Of a stretch of 64,000 bases of DNA, positions 9,825 through 20,125 are shown piece after piece. This DNA comes from a virus: IMG/VR virus record IMGVR_UViG_3300030041_000010; one strand, 5' to 3'. The notes below the pieces were generated by a model. It saw only the letters and a list, made by a program, of their open reading frames with translations, did not search any database and was not told where the DNA came from. Position numbers and translations under genes: made by a program. Numbering within the stretch: position 1 is the stretch's first letter; every line of letters starts with the position of its first letter.

Positions 9825-10328
9825 ATGGCTCTTAAGCTCCAGTATTATGGTCAGAATGACTCACAGTGGTCTCCTGACGTTGTTCTCACGGGCGACCCCG
9901 GTACCGACCAGCAAACGCTGACGGCTGCTGGGTACCTTGGTGGCAAGATCGTGAAGTTGGCAGTTCCTGCAAACTTCACCTCGGTCGAAGCTGCTATCTC
10001 CCCGTGTGATGCCGACACCTATCTTCCATTTGGCACCCTCATCAATGGCCCCGGCGAGTTTTCCGGTGCGATTGGCCCTTCGGGTTCCAAGAAGGCTCCG
10101 ATTGTCCGCGCTCTCTGGCAGGGCAACATTAACTCGGAAGCCTACGACGCAAACGCGACGTTCGTCATCGGTACTTACGTCTACTGCGGCGGCACCACTC
10201 ACTCGAACATTGGGTTTTATACCTCGTCTGCTCTCAAGGGCACCGTGTCCGGTAACCCGGCTGCTGGTATCTGCACCCACGTTCCTACCACTGCTGAGCC
10301 TTGGCTTGGTGTTGCGTCACTGCTCTAA
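9825..10328 (+). CDS. Hypothetical virion protein (167 aa) upstream of the capsid-like gene
   Basis: RBS GGAGAAACAATACT-ATG. G/T/S-rich. Confidence 0.6.
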   Translation: MALKLQYYGQNDSQWSPDVVLTGDPGTDQQTLTAAGYLGGKIVKLAVPANFTSVEAAISPCDADTYLPFGTLINGPGEFSGAIGPSGSKKAPIVRALWQGNINSEAYDANATFVIGTYVYCGGTTHSNIGFYTSSALKGTVSGNPAAGICTHVPTTAEPWLGVASLL

Positions 10329-10348
10329 GAGAGAAAAGGAAAAAGAAT

Positions 10349-11308
10349 ATGGCAAACCTATCTCGCACACAGCAGCAGACTGCAATGCTTGGTCAACTGC
10401 TTAAGACAGCCGGTGGTCGTCAGAAGCTCGCTGCTTCTCTCGGACCGTCATTGCGCCGTCGTCGCGACTATATGAGCATTGCTCGTAAGGCGTTGATGGT
10501 TGAAACTCTACCCGATGGAGCCCTGCCCATCTACGATAAGGAATTTGACACTGCTGCCATGACCGTGGGCTCGACCCCCGGTGGCTCATTCGTTGAAGCC
10601 TTCGTCGTTGGTGAAGAAGGCGGCGACATCGTCCGTGTAACAAAGCCAAAGCGTGTTACGGTTCCGACTTTCGAAATCGTATCCAACCCCATGATTCCGA
10701 TCACGCAGATTAAGGAACGCCGCTTCGATTTGGTCGCCCGTTCTTTGAACCTCGCGAAGGCCGAAGTGGGCGCTGCCGAAGACGGCTACGTCTTCACCCT
10801 GTTCGACGCTGTTGCTGCGGCTGCTGCTAGTAAGACCACCAGCGACCCAGTCTACAACGTAGACATCGCGATTTCTGCTCCTATCGACATCAACAGCCTT
10901 GCTGATGGTTTCGGTCAGGTTCAGCGTCACGACTTGTCGGTTGCTTTCCTGTTCTTCAACCCCCGCGATTATACGGACTTGTTGAAGTGGACGCAGCAGA
11001 ACATCGACCGCGAAACCCAGCGTAAGCTGCTCAAGACTGGTGTTATGGGTTACCTGTGGGGCGCAACATTGCTCCAGTCCCGTAAGATTGGTTACGGTTG
11101 CGTATACATCTTGGCCGACGCAGAGTTCCTTGGCGTTATCCCTGAGCGTATCCCGCTGACCGTCATGAGCGCCGACCGTCCTGACCTCCGTCAGATTGGC
11201 TTCTCGATCTTCGAGAACTTGGGCTTCCTCGTGTTTAACCCGTCAGGTGTGCAGCGTTTGACCGTCACTGGTCGTTACAACTCCGCATCCAACATTGGTG
11301 AGAACTAA
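10349..11308 (+). CDS. Putative major capsid protein (HK97-fold-like), 319 aa
   Basis: RBS AAAAGGAAAAAGAAT-ATG at 10349; the upstream part of the track ORF overlaps the previous gene. The size and composition fit a major capsid protein, and the strongest terminator in the window follows. Confidence 0.5.
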   Translation: MANLSRTQQQTAMLGQLLKTAGGRQKLAASLGPSLRRRRDYMSIARKALMVETLPDGALPIYDKEFDTAAMTVGSTPGGSFVEAFVVGEEGGDIVRVTKPKRVTVPTFEIVSNPMIPITQIKERRFDLVARSLNLAKAEVGAAEDGYVFTLFDAVAAAAASKTTSDPVYNVDIAISAPIDINSLADGFGQVQRHDLSVAFLFFNPRDYTDLLKWTQQNIDRETQRKLLKTGVMGYLWGATLLQSRKIGYGCVYILADAEFLGVIPERIPLTVMSADRPDLRQIGFSIFENLGFLVFNPSGVQRLTVTGRYNSASNIGEN

Positions 11309-11335
11309 GCAGTTAGTTCCATTGATTTAACAAAA

Positions 11336-11363
11336 AGCGGTGACGAAAGTCACCGCTTTTTTA
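11336..11363 (+). terminator. Rho-independent terminator
   Basis: Stem AGCGGTGAC/GTCACCGCT with loop GAAA, followed by TTTTTT. Confidence 0.85.
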
Positions 11364-11370
11364 GTATTAG

Positions 11371-12801
11371 ATGATTGAAACCATGAAACCCTATCAATAT
11401 TGGCTGGAACAAAAATGGAGTAGGCTTCGTCTTGATCCTGCCCAAGTGCTTCCTGAACAATTCAATCAGACATTAAAGAAATTTAGGTTTTTATGTGATT
11501 GTGGGAACACCAAAGAAATCGCCTTTTCTAGTGTACTTGCCGGTAGAACCACCTCTTGCGGTTGTAGAAACAAGGAAGTGTCTCGTGCAAGGCGTCAGGT
11601 AGATTTGTTAGGGAGAAAATTCGGACGCCTCACTGTGGTGTCTTTAGATCACACAGAATCTAAAGGTAGGAAGTTTTGGAAATGTATCTGCGCTTGCGAG
11701 ACCTTCAGTGTAGTTGCTGCTTGTCATTTATTAAGTGGTCACACAAGTTCTTGTGGTTGTTTGATGCGGGAACGAACAAGTCAAGCTAATTTTGTAGATT
11801 TGAAAGGTAAACGGTTCGGGCTGCTTGAAGTTACACACGTTGCTGACATTGGACAAGGGGGTAAGTATAGGTGGTTCTGTAAATGTGACTGTGGAAGCGT
11901 CCATAAGGTATACGGGGATTCACTTGTACAGGGATCGACCAATTCATGTGGTTGCGCTCAGATGGGTGTTTCAGAAAACTCACCAGCGGGAGAGATTTAT
12001 CAGGAAGTTTTAACCCTGTTTCCCGACGCTCAATTCAATGTTAGTTTGTCTCAACTTAACATCTCGACCCGGATGTCCGTAGATATTTGGATTCCTTCTA
12101 TTTTGACCGCCATTGAGTATCACGGGCTCGTGTGGCATTCAGAAAGATATAGAAAAAGACTGGACTACGAAAAGTACAAACTGTGTATGACTAATAACAT
12201 ACGCCTCTTTCAAGTGTACGAGGATGAATGGAGAGACCGCAGGGGGGTTGTAACTCAATATTTGCGTATGTTATCAGGAGTGAAAGGGAAGAGGGTTAAA
12301 CCCGTTTTCTCGATAGAGACCACTTCTTTTGAAGTGACTGATTTTTTGGATAAACATCACTATTTGGGGTCAGCCGGAGGTTCGACAATCGTGGTTGCAC
12401 GACATCCGACATCACGAGAAGTGATAGGGGCGTGGGTATTTATGAAGAGGGAAGAGGGCACTGTGTTATGGCATAGGGCTTGTTGGAATCACGAGTATAG
12501 AGCTTGGAACCCACACGAAAGCGCCTTGAATCTGGCTAAGCCGATTTTGCGTAATTTAGGGTTTAGGCGCATTGTTACATTCAGCGATAATAGATGGCAT
12601 CAGGGAGATATGTACTCTAAACAGGGGTTTGTGTTGGAGCAACATCTGCCTCCTGACTATGGGTATACACGTAACGGTCGTCGTGTGTCCAAGTATGCCC
12701 TACGAGTTAAAGCGGGTATGGATGAAAGGGAAGAAGCAAAAACAAATGGTTGGTATCGGATTTGGGACAGTGGAAAGAAACGGTATTCTCTTCCCTTGTA
12801 A
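11371..12801 (+). CDS. Protein with tandem zinc-ribbon repeats 'FGRLTV..G..W.C.CDCG...SCGC' (476 aa) and a C-terminal 'HHYLG' domain
   Basis: About three repeats of 'GR.FGRLTVV....GK..W.C.C.CG......L..G.T.SCGC'. The same motif occurs once in the 57151..57351 ORF. Confidence 0.6.
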   Translation: MIETMKPYQYWLEQKWSRLRLDPAQVLPEQFNQTLKKFRFLCDCGNTKEIAFSSVLAGRTTSCGCRNKEVSRARRQVDLLGRKFGRLTVVSLDHTESKGRKFWKCICACETFSVVAACHLLSGHTSSCGCLMRERTSQANFVDLKGKRFGLLEVTHVADIGQGGKYRWFCKCDCGSVHKVYGDSLVQGSTNSCGCAQMGVSENSPAGEIYQEVLTLFPDAQFNVSLSQLNISTRMSVDIWIPSILTAIEYHGLVWHSERYRKRLDYEKYKLCMTNNIRLFQVYEDEWRDRRGVVTQYLRMLSGVKGKRVKPVFSIETTSFEVTDFLDKHHYLGSAGGSTIVVARHPTSREVIGAWVFMKREEGTVLWHRACWNHEYRAWNPHESALNLAKPILRNLGFRRIVTFSDNRWHQGDMYSKQGFVLEQHLPPDYGYTRNGRRVSKYALRVKAGMDEREEAKTNGWYRIWDSGKKRYSLPL

Positions 12802-12861
12802 GTTACCCAATATCTGCCCCTTTATTGAGTATTAGTGTCTGAGGAGGCGCGTCTGTAGCCC

Positions 12862-13248
12862 ATGATAAAATCTTACCTAGCTAAAACTACGATCAACTTC
12901 GTGGACTTTGAGTTCTACATTCGCCCCGGTGATTTATTGGTGCATGATGTGGCGAACCAGAACCGCCTGACCGTGTACCGTAATGGGCAGATTGTGAAGG
13001 TGGTTAAGCAAACTTCCATCGGAATCGACGCTTTCCTGAAGAACAAATTCATTGAGCCTATCAAGGCCGAGGTGCTTCCTGCGGTAGTCGCGGCTCCTGA
13101 GCCCCTCCCAATACCTGAGAAGCCCCCTGTACGCACCGCAGAGCCCAAGAAAGCGGCTCCGGTTGTAAAGCCGGAGGTTAAGTCAGAGTTAGAGCCATCA
13201 AAGGTGGAAAAGATTGAAGCGGATGAACCTCTCGTCAAAACCATATAA
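12862..13248 (+). CDS. Hypothetical protein with a Pro/Lys-rich C-terminus (128 aa)
   Basis: ORF with the tail 'PEPLPIPEKPPVRTAEPKKAAPVVKPEVK'. Confidence 0.55.
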   Translation: MIKSYLAKTTINFVDFEFYIRPGDLLVHDVANQNRLTVYRNGQIVKVVKQTSIGIDAFLKNKFIEPIKAEVLPAVVAAPEPLPIPEKPPVRTAEPKKAAPVVKPEVKSELEPSKVEKIEADEPLVKTI

Positions 13249-13349
13249 CCAAAAGGGTAGGTAATCTTGTCTCGCGTCCTGCGGGAAATGCATACGGGGG
13301 CTTCTTTGTGGCCGCTGTAACTCGGCTCTTGAGCGACTAGAAACAGTAG

Positions 13350-14897
13350 ATGATTGGGAGAACAAAGCACGGGAGTACCTTTCGAGCTATGGTCTTCCTA
13401 GATAGAGGCGTTTTAGGTTCAATGGCGAAATCGTATCCATCACAGGTTACCGCAGAGTGGCTTAAGAAATACATGACTAAACTCCATTTCGGTCGTGTCC
13501 ATCCGGATGAACTGGAGTATATGGATACCGATTGGGACAATCCTGTTTTCATTAGTGGCAGCTTCAAGCTTGTCCGCGTGCCTCTGAGTAAGCTCATCAA
13601 CACAGTTCCCAGTGGTACAGATGAGATGCTGGCAGAAGACTACGCTGAATTGAAAACCCCCTTCCCTCCGATTGTTCTTGACAGCAGATATAACATTCTG
13701 GACGGCAATCATCGGGCGATGGCTGCATCGTTCCGTGGCGACAAAGACATTCAGGCATACATGCCTGTCGGTAAGAAGGTCGGCTTCCTTACGATTCGTT
13801 TGGGCTCCCTGTCTGCCCCTCACACCAAAGTAGCTATTTCAGTTCCTGAATTGGTTAGCCAGACCAACAGTTTTAGTGTGAAGCGTCGTCCATCCTGCGA
13901 TGCTACTCTCCTCGATTCAAACCCCAAGGAACTGTTTCTTCATTACAATGTGAAGTGTCGCGAGTCGTACTCCTCCCCGGAAGGGCACGACGTGCGTGTC
14001 AAGTTCGATGTGTCTCAAGTTCAGGATACACAGAACGCCAATGACCTCGATGTGCAATTGAACTGTTCATGCCCTGCGTTTCTCTACTGGGGGGCTCAGT
14101 GGAACCTGCACCAGCGTGATGGCCTTCTCGGCAAGCCTCGCCCGGAACTTGTAGCTCCAACTGAGCGCCTCGACCTGCGTGGCAACTTCGTTATCTGCAA
14201 GCACTGCAAGGCTGTCCTAGAAAGGATTATCCCCTCTGTCCAGCACAACATCATCAACATCGTTCGTGAGATAGAAGTCCGTAAAAACAAGGAGCAGTTG
14301 AAACAGAAGGAAACTCCTGAAAGTCCCGACCGCCTGAAGAAACGTCAGGATGAAATGAAAAAGCGTCAGGAAATAAAACGCATCCGCAAGATGAAGAATA
14401 AGGAGATTCAGCGTAAGCTGCTCGATGCTCTTCGTCAGCAACAGGAAGGCGACAAAACTCTCGATAAGGTCAAACAGAAAGAGACTGAGGATGCCCCGGA
14501 TGTTGTTAGCCGTGATGAACCCGCTACAGATATTCCCGTGGTAGAAACCACTAAGTACGAGGACATCACTAAGGAGGAGCCGGAGGATGAGGAAGACTTG
14601 ACCGCCCTCACTGAGAATGAAGAGCAGAAGCTTCGTGAGGAACAACACAAGAAGATTAAACACCAGCCCCACTTGCATAAAGGGCTACCGTATGAAGCTG
14701 AGGAAGAGAAGCAGGATCATGGGCACAAGGTACCAACGGATGAAGAATTGATCGAAGCATTGGATGCTACTCGTGAGAAGGTGGAGAGGTCTACTGAGAG
14801 AACAAAGCAATTCCTTGACGACATGAAAAAACGAAGGAAGCAGACTTCACTAGAAGCTTCTTTATTGGATGCTGTGGCGGAGGGCACCGATGTCTAA
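13350..14897 (+). CDS. ParB-like nuclease domain protein with a basic/acidic coiled C-terminus (515 aa)
   Basis: ParB/Srx core motif 'PIVLDSRYNILDGNHRAMAA', then a K/R/E-rich helical tail. Confidence 0.7.
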   Translation: MIGRTKHGSTFRAMVFLDRGVLGSMAKSYPSQVTAEWLKKYMTKLHFGRVHPDELEYMDTDWDNPVFISGSFKLVRVPLSKLINTVPSGTDEMLAEDYAELKTPFPPIVLDSRYNILDGNHRAMAASFRGDKDIQAYMPVGKKVGFLTIRLGSLSAPHTKVAISVPELVSQTNSFSVKRRPSCDATLLDSNPKELFLHYNVKCRESYSSPEGHDVRVKFDVSQVQDTQNANDLDVQLNCSCPAFLYWGAQWNLHQRDGLLGKPRPELVAPTERLDLRGNFVICKHCKAVLERIIPSVQHNIINIVREIEVRKNKEQLKQKETPESPDRLKKRQDEMKKRQEIKRIRKMKNKEIQRKLLDALRQQQEGDKTLDKVKQKETEDAPDVVSRDEPATDIPVVETTKYEDITKEEPEDEEDLTALTENEEQKLREEQHKKIKHQPHLHKGLPYEAEEEKQDHGHKVPTDEELIEALDATREKVERSTERTKQFLDDMKKRRKQTSLEASLLDAVAEGTDV

Positions 14898-15519
14898 TAT
14901 GCGTGTTGAAACTAATGCTCCTTACCCTAATAGGATTCAATGGATTTTAGGAACTTACACTGGTCCGTTTACGCAAGCAGGACCGCTGGTCTCATTTGAC
15001 CCGCGTCGAGATTTGGAAGTCTATGTGGATGGGGCATTGATCCCTATAAGTAGCTTCACGTTCGACAATAATAGCACGCATACCAATAATGTTCGTTACC
15101 TACTTTACATGAATCAGAGCATCAATTTGCAGGGCGTAGTTCAGGTCATACATCACATGCCTAACCCACCCTTCCAGTCATCGCAAGTGTTGCCGGGGTT
15201 TGCTCTTTTAGGTAGTTATAGTTCCAGTGGAGATGTCCTTCCTCCTTCAACAACCCTCAGCTTCACTATAGCCCCCAACCCCGTTGCCTCTGCCACTGAG
15301 ATAGTTCTCACTTGGACTACAACAAATGCGCTTTCTATTCAGTTTCTTGCGAATAACGGAGTTGACCTTCCTTTCTCCTCGGGGGTTATAACCACTAGTT
15401 TGAGTTCAGGGTCATACACAATCACCTCAGGTTTTTCTGTGACAACAAACATCCTCATGCTGGCAGAGACCTTAGCTGGGGGGGTTATGTCTTCAATAGA
15501 AACAGTCACTGTAACGTAA
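14890..15519 (+). CDS. Hypothetical protein (209 aa)
   Basis: The ATG overlaps the upstream stop (ATGTCTAA). Confidence 0.5.
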   Translation: MSNMRVETNAPYPNRIQWILGTYTGPFTQAGPLVSFDPRRDLEVYVDGALIPISSFTFDNNSTHTNNVRYLLYMNQSINLQGVVQVIHHMPNPPFQSSQVLPGFALLGSYSSSGDVLPPSTTLSFTIAPNPVASATEIVLTWTTTNALSIQFLANNGVDLPFSSGVITTSLSSGSYTITSGFSVTTNILMLAETLAGGVMSSIETVTVT

Positions 15520-15569
15520 AAACTGAATATCATTCTCTCTGTATGTAGGTTCAAATAGGAGAACCCCAA

Positions 15570-15791
15570 ATGGCTAACAAAATTGCAAAAATCGACGCTG
15601 ATGCGATGAACTCACTCTTCGCTTCAGAACTCACCAAGGCTGGTATCAAGGTCGCAGCGGCGGATGACAAGGGAATTATTAACGCACCACAAGCCTTCGA
15701 AGACCACCAATCCTACCTTGAAACCTTGAAGTCGGTTATGGCGGAAGACTCTAAGTCCGACTTCGCAGAAAATGACCCCATCCAAGACTGA
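15570..15791 (+). CDS. Small acidic hypothetical protein (73 aa)
   Basis: RBS AGGAGAACCCCAA-ATG. Confidence 0.6.
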   Translation: MANKIAKIDADAMNSLFASELTKAGIKVAAADDKGIINAPQAFEDHQSYLETLKSVMAEDSKSDFAENDPIQD

Positions 15792-15803
15792 AGGCCCATG
15801 TAA

Positions 15804-16433
15804 ATGCTTATCTACCGTGTGACAAATACGGTAAATGACAAAGTTTACATAGGTAAATGGAGTCACCCTACTGTTGACCATCGTTGGCGGCTGCATAAGT
15901 CTGCCGCCAAGAAGGGTAGCCCTTACTATTTTCACAGAGCCTTGCGTAAGTATGGTTTTGACGCATTCAAAGTGGAAGTCATAGATAGGGCGGGGACAGG
16001 TGAAGAACTCGCTGATATGGAGAAGAAGTACATATCTCTGTATCAGTCCAATAATCCTGTGTTGGGTTACAACATGACTATTGGTGGCGAGGGCACTTCT
16101 GGTTTCAAAATGCCTGAAGAGTGGAAAAAGTGGAAATCGGGTCACTCAAAGAGATTCTGGAGCGACCCCGATTATTGTGCTTTACAGACCCGAAGTCATC
16201 AGGAATGGTGGACACCCCAACGTAGAGCAGACCAGTCAAAGCTACAGGCTACAAAAACAGGGTTAGCATCTCCTCGAAGTAGAAAAGTTAGATGCATCAA
16301 CACGGGAGAGACGTTTGATTCGGTTAACTTGGCCGTGGCTTCATTTGGGCTGAAAAAGGGGAGTAACCTCTCATTTGCTATACGTCAGGGTAAGAAGTTT
16401 CGAGAGAAAGATTGGGAATATGCCAAACTCTAA
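15804..16433 (+). mobile_element. Free-standing GIY-YIG homing endonuclease gene
   Basis: 'IYRVTNTVNDKVYIGKW' is the GIY...YIG motif, followed by the conserved R and H and the 'N..LGYN' region, with a C-terminal DNA-binding tail. Confidence 0.85.
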
Positions 16434-17898
16434 GTTCTCCTCTCTTATTCGTGCTGGTTCTATCGTTCACACCATCGACGGTGGGGTATATCGCTGCATG
16501 TCTAAAATCGCATGTGGTGGAGAAACACATATCCGTCTAGCTAACCTGCAAGGTACAAGTGTACCCACCCCGGTTAACCTCCGTCCCATCAGCCCAGCCC
16601 TCGCACGCTTCGCATCATGGATGCGTTGGGTTGTTGCCTATAACAAAGACTTTGACCTCTATGTCAAAGAGTACATTCGTGCCGCAGGGCTACCAGTAGA
16701 CCCCGCCATGGATTGGTCAAAGATGTTGCAAACCACAGTTACTCCCCGACTGGTTTCCAAAGACCCTGAGGTTCAGGACGAGGCGCTTCACCACCTCATT
16801 ATCAAGTTGCTCGTGGAACGCAGCATCCTTTCCAACTTCAATACAGCTATCGCCAAGTTTCCCCCTCATGTTCAAGCACTGCCCTTGGAGAAGCAGGTCA
16901 ATGCCTTTCTACTTCAAAACTTCATTTGGTATATTGGCAAAGCGAATAGCTACATTAAACAGGTCATCTTTCAAGATGACGCCAACTCCATGTTCAGTGA
17001 GGGAACGGCTGGTCATGAGGGTGAGGACATCAATACCCTTGACACCGAGGAGCACGCTACTGGCACTCAAGCATACGATGCGATTGATTCTGATGTTGAT
17101 GTGCAGACCTTCCTTCGGGGGTTTGTAAAATACCTCTCAGATAGGTTTCGCAAAGAAACAGTGGCTCAGTACGTGGCTTTGTTCAATGTCCTTTATGCCC
17201 ATCTAAGGGAAGGTGATTTACCCAGTTCTGGTTTGAAGAATCAGGTTAAACAAATAGGGGAAGATGGGGAGCCCATTATCTTCAATATTCCCACTCTTTA
17301 TGACGAGTGGAAAGAAGAGATAGGGATTACCAAATCTCACGCTTGGTTCAAAGTCTTGTTCTCTAACCTACCTAAGCTGATCGACACCTATGTCACCCAT
17401 AATTTGCACGATGAGGAGGTTAATACCTTCATCGAAGTCATGCAAAACATCGGTAAGGAACAGAAGAAGGTTGAAGTCCCATCCCACCCCGTTCCAGCAG
17501 CGGCGACCGCTTCTGTCATGGGTGGTCTCAAGCTTGCCGAGGAAGACTTCCCCATCAATCAAACGGTTGAATCAGGAAGTAGCGACAACAATAACTCAGG
17601 TGGCATGTCGCTGGGTGATTTGGGTAGCTCAGTAGGGGATGCTGGTGAAGCTGCAAGTGGGGCTGGTGAGGCTTTGGAAGCTCTCGCTCCTCTGGCTGTT
17701 GTAGCCACTCAGTGGGAAGTCCCCAAGTGCAAGAGTTGTGGCAAAGAGAGCAACAGAGACTGCCCTGCCTGTCAGGAGAAGTTCTGTGGCGACTGCATGT
17801 TGAATCACCATGCTAACAACCCGAGTCACGACCGCATCGCTTCTGCAAAGAAGAAGGCCGCTCTTGACAAACTTATTGATGATTTTGTGGGGTTATAA
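16420..17898 (+). CDS. Hypothetical protein with a C-terminal Cys/His zinc-finger (492 aa)
   Basis: C-terminal motif 'CKSCGKESNRDCPACQEKFCGDCMLNHH'. Start chosen at the in-frame ATG that overlaps the end of the homing endonuclease gene. Confidence 0.55.
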   Translation: MPNSKFSSLIRAGSIVHTIDGGVYRCMSKIACGGETHIRLANLQGTSVPTPVNLRPISPALARFASWMRWVVAYNKDFDLYVKEYIRAAGLPVDPAMDWSKMLQTTVTPRLVSKDPEVQDEALHHLIIKLLVERSILSNFNTAIAKFPPHVQALPLEKQVNAFLLQNFIWYIGKANSYIKQVIFQDDANSMFSEGTAGHEGEDINTLDTEEHATGTQAYDAIDSDVDVQTFLRGFVKYLSDRFRKETVAQYVALFNVLYAHLREGDLPSSGLKNQVKQIGEDGEPIIFNIPTLYDEWKEEIGITKSHAWFKVLFSNLPKLIDTYVTHNLHDEEVNTFIEVMQNIGKEQKKVEVPSHPVPAAATASVMGGLKLAEEDFPINQTVESGSSDNNNSGGMSLGDLGSSVGDAGEAASGAGEALEALAPLAVVATQWEVPKCKSCGKESNRDCPACQEKFCGDCMLNHHANNPSHDRIASAKKKAALDKLIDDFVGL

Positions 17899-20061
17899 AT
17901 GGCAGATATTCTAGTCAATGACGAGGGTTCAGTTATCATGTTCACACCAAGGTCCGACGCCGGTCGGGAATGGGTGGACGAGAACCTTGGTCTGGAATCT
18001 TGGCAATGGTTGGGTGATTCCTTCGCTGTTGAGTGGAGGTATGCTCCTGATATTGTACGGGGTATGCTGGATGACGGCCTTGAGGTTATTCCAGCGTGTC
18101 ATGAGGTTACAGATGATGACCGAAAGTGGCTCTCTGAGTTGGGTATTACAGCTTCAAAGACAGCCGCTGAGCCCCAAGTAAACCTTCGCCCCGAGACAGA
18201 GCCGGATACCACTACGCAGGTGCCACAACAAGCTGCTCCCGGCCTAAGACCGGGTGCTGCTGTCGTTGTGCCCGGATCACAACCGTCGCAGGAAAAACAC
18301 ACCGTGCTCCCTGAACTCCCGAACGCAAGGTTTCACATGGCGGATGGGTATGGTGCCGATAATGTAAGAACCGAGTCTCTTGATAACTTGAAGAATGAAG
18401 CTCAGGAGACAGCAACGTTTAGAGGCCATGACCTTTCTCCGTGGAAATCCATTAACAATTACATCGAAGAGGCTACCTGTCGTGGCTGCAATGCATACGT
18501 TAGAGTGAACATAAACCCAGCCCCTAATGATATTGACATTGGAGGCGATGCGGTTGCTTTGAACTGTGAGAAGAAGCTGAAGGAATTCGGCGAGAATGAA
18601 GTCCCTGAGTTTAGTGAGGAAGATAAAGCATCCCTGCGTGGCTTAGGTGTTATGGCTAAGCTGGCACGCGGCGGTTGGAAGCGTATCTCCATGTCCACCG
18701 TGCAAAGTGATGACGACCGCTTCACTATCACGATCATCGACCCTACCCGACGTGGTAAATGGTTCCTCTTGAAAGACCTTGAAACAGGTGAGTCCTACGA
18801 AGTACGAACCATGACCGATGCCAAGAAGAAGGCGTTGAGTATTCGTGGTGATTCTTCTGTTGAAGAGGAGCTAGACCCGTATGAAGATGACGACCTTATG
18901 CCTGAGTATGAACCTTCAGAGGACTTGCTGAAGGCGGCGGGGGTTAAACCCACTGGTTACAGCATGAATTCAGAGCAAGAAGGCGAGAGGTTGCAGCATC
19001 AGAAACTCCGTCGTCGCTATCTCTATCTTGCTGGAAAACCGCGTACTCCCGAGACCGTTGCCAAGCTGGAAGCGGCCATTAAAGAACTTACTGAGTTCGA
19101 ACGAACTCATAAACTTTCAACTTTGAAAACCCCATATAGACCCGCAAAACAAGCGGTGGAGGAAACCATGGCTACATCAAGTAAAGGAAACAAGAAGGCA
19201 ACCACGACCAAAGAAGCTTCCACCAAGTGGGCTCGTTTGCGTCAAGTTGCTGCTGAAGAGCCCAAGGAGGCTGATGCCGCGATTGCAGAACTCGCTGAGG
19301 CTCTCGGCATCATGGCCGACTCATTACACAACCTGCGGACTAACCTCGATTTGATCGAGGCTCCCAAGACCGCAAGCATCAAGGTTCGTGTGGCGACCGC
19401 ACGCAAGTACGCGGCCAAGTTTCGCGAACTGGCAAGTGAGGCACCTGAAGTTATCGCCGACGCTTTGAGTGAAGTCTATCATTCACTCGATGATGTCGCT
19501 GGTGCTGTAGAAACTCTGGCAGAGAATCTCGGCATTGAACTCAACCTATCCCCCGCTGAAGAAGCGTTTGGTGAAGAAGGTAAAGAAGAGTTGAATGGTG
19601 AATATCCTTCAGAAGAAGCTGAAGAGCCTGAGGTCGATGAAGAGGAATTCGAAGAGGGCAAGGAAGAGCTTGAATCTCCCGAAGCTGAACCGGCTGAAGA
19701 ACAGCTTGATGAGGAAATCGAGAAGGAAGCTGGCAGCATCGAGTTTGTCAGTGACCGTGACGAACAGGCTGATCCCAAGGCTCCAGTTATTGCCGCCAAG
19801 AAGAAAAAGGAACTCCCTGATTTCTTGAAGAAGAAAAAGGATGAGAAGGGCGACGACAAGGAAAAGGATAAGAAGAAAGAGAAGAAGGCTGACGGTGGTG
19901 CCGCTTTTGTAACGGACAGCGACAACAACGCCAAGCCCGAGGCTCCTTCTAAGACCGAATCCCCGGTGGCTCAGGGGACGACTGAGGTAGGTAAGGCTGC
20001 TGCGGCAAAACGTGAGGCTCTCCGCCAACGTATCGCCAAGCGTCACGGTATTACACTATAG
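17899..20061 (+). CDS. Large acidic protein (720 aa) sharing the 'PACH / KWL.ELGI.ASK' module with the 4274..6184 protein
   Basis: Contains 'VIPACHEVTDDDRKWLSELGITASKTAAEPQVNL', long E/K-rich tracts and two 'FV[ST]D.D...AP' motifs. A terminator follows. Confidence 0.65.
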   Translation: MADILVNDEGSVIMFTPRSDAGREWVDENLGLESWQWLGDSFAVEWRYAPDIVRGMLDDGLEVIPACHEVTDDDRKWLSELGITASKTAAEPQVNLRPETEPDTTTQVPQQAAPGLRPGAAVVVPGSQPSQEKHTVLPELPNARFHMADGYGADNVRTESLDNLKNEAQETATFRGHDLSPWKSINNYIEEATCRGCNAYVRVNINPAPNDIDIGGDAVALNCEKKLKEFGENEVPEFSEEDKASLRGLGVMAKLARGGWKRISMSTVQSDDDRFTITIIDPTRRGKWFLLKDLETGESYEVRTMTDAKKKALSIRGDSSVEEELDPYEDDDLMPEYEPSEDLLKAAGVKPTGYSMNSEQEGERLQHQKLRRRYLYLAGKPRTPETVAKLEAAIKELTEFERTHKLSTLKTPYRPAKQAVEETMATSSKGNKKATTTKEASTKWARLRQVAAEEPKEADAAIAELAEALGIMADSLHNLRTNLDLIEAPKTASIKVRVATARKYAAKFRELASEAPEVIADALSEVYHSLDDVAGAVETLAENLGIELNLSPAEEAFGEEGKEELNGEYPSEEAEEPEVDEEEFEEGKEELESPEAEPAEEQLDEEIEKEAGSIEFVSDRDEQADPKAPVIAAKKKKELPDFLKKKKDEKGDDKEKDKKKEKKADGGAAFVTDSDNNAKPEAPSKTESPVAQGTTEVGKAAAAKREALRQRIAKRHGITL

Positions 20062-20094
20062 TAGTTAGCCTACCCAAGTGTACGAGGAACAACA

Positions 20095-20122
20095 GGGGCA
20101 CCTTATGGGTGCCCCATTTTTT
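20095..20122 (+). terminator. Rho-independent terminator
   Basis: Stem GGGGCACC/GGGTGCCCC with loop TTAT, followed by ATTTTTT. Confidence 0.85.
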
Positions 20123-20125
20123 GGT

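Noticed and set aside
14217-14678. Minus-strand ORFs antisense to 13350..14897, and 19479..19934 and 19609..20046 antisense to 17899..20061
   Set aside because: Antisense of K/E-rich low-complexity coding sequence.
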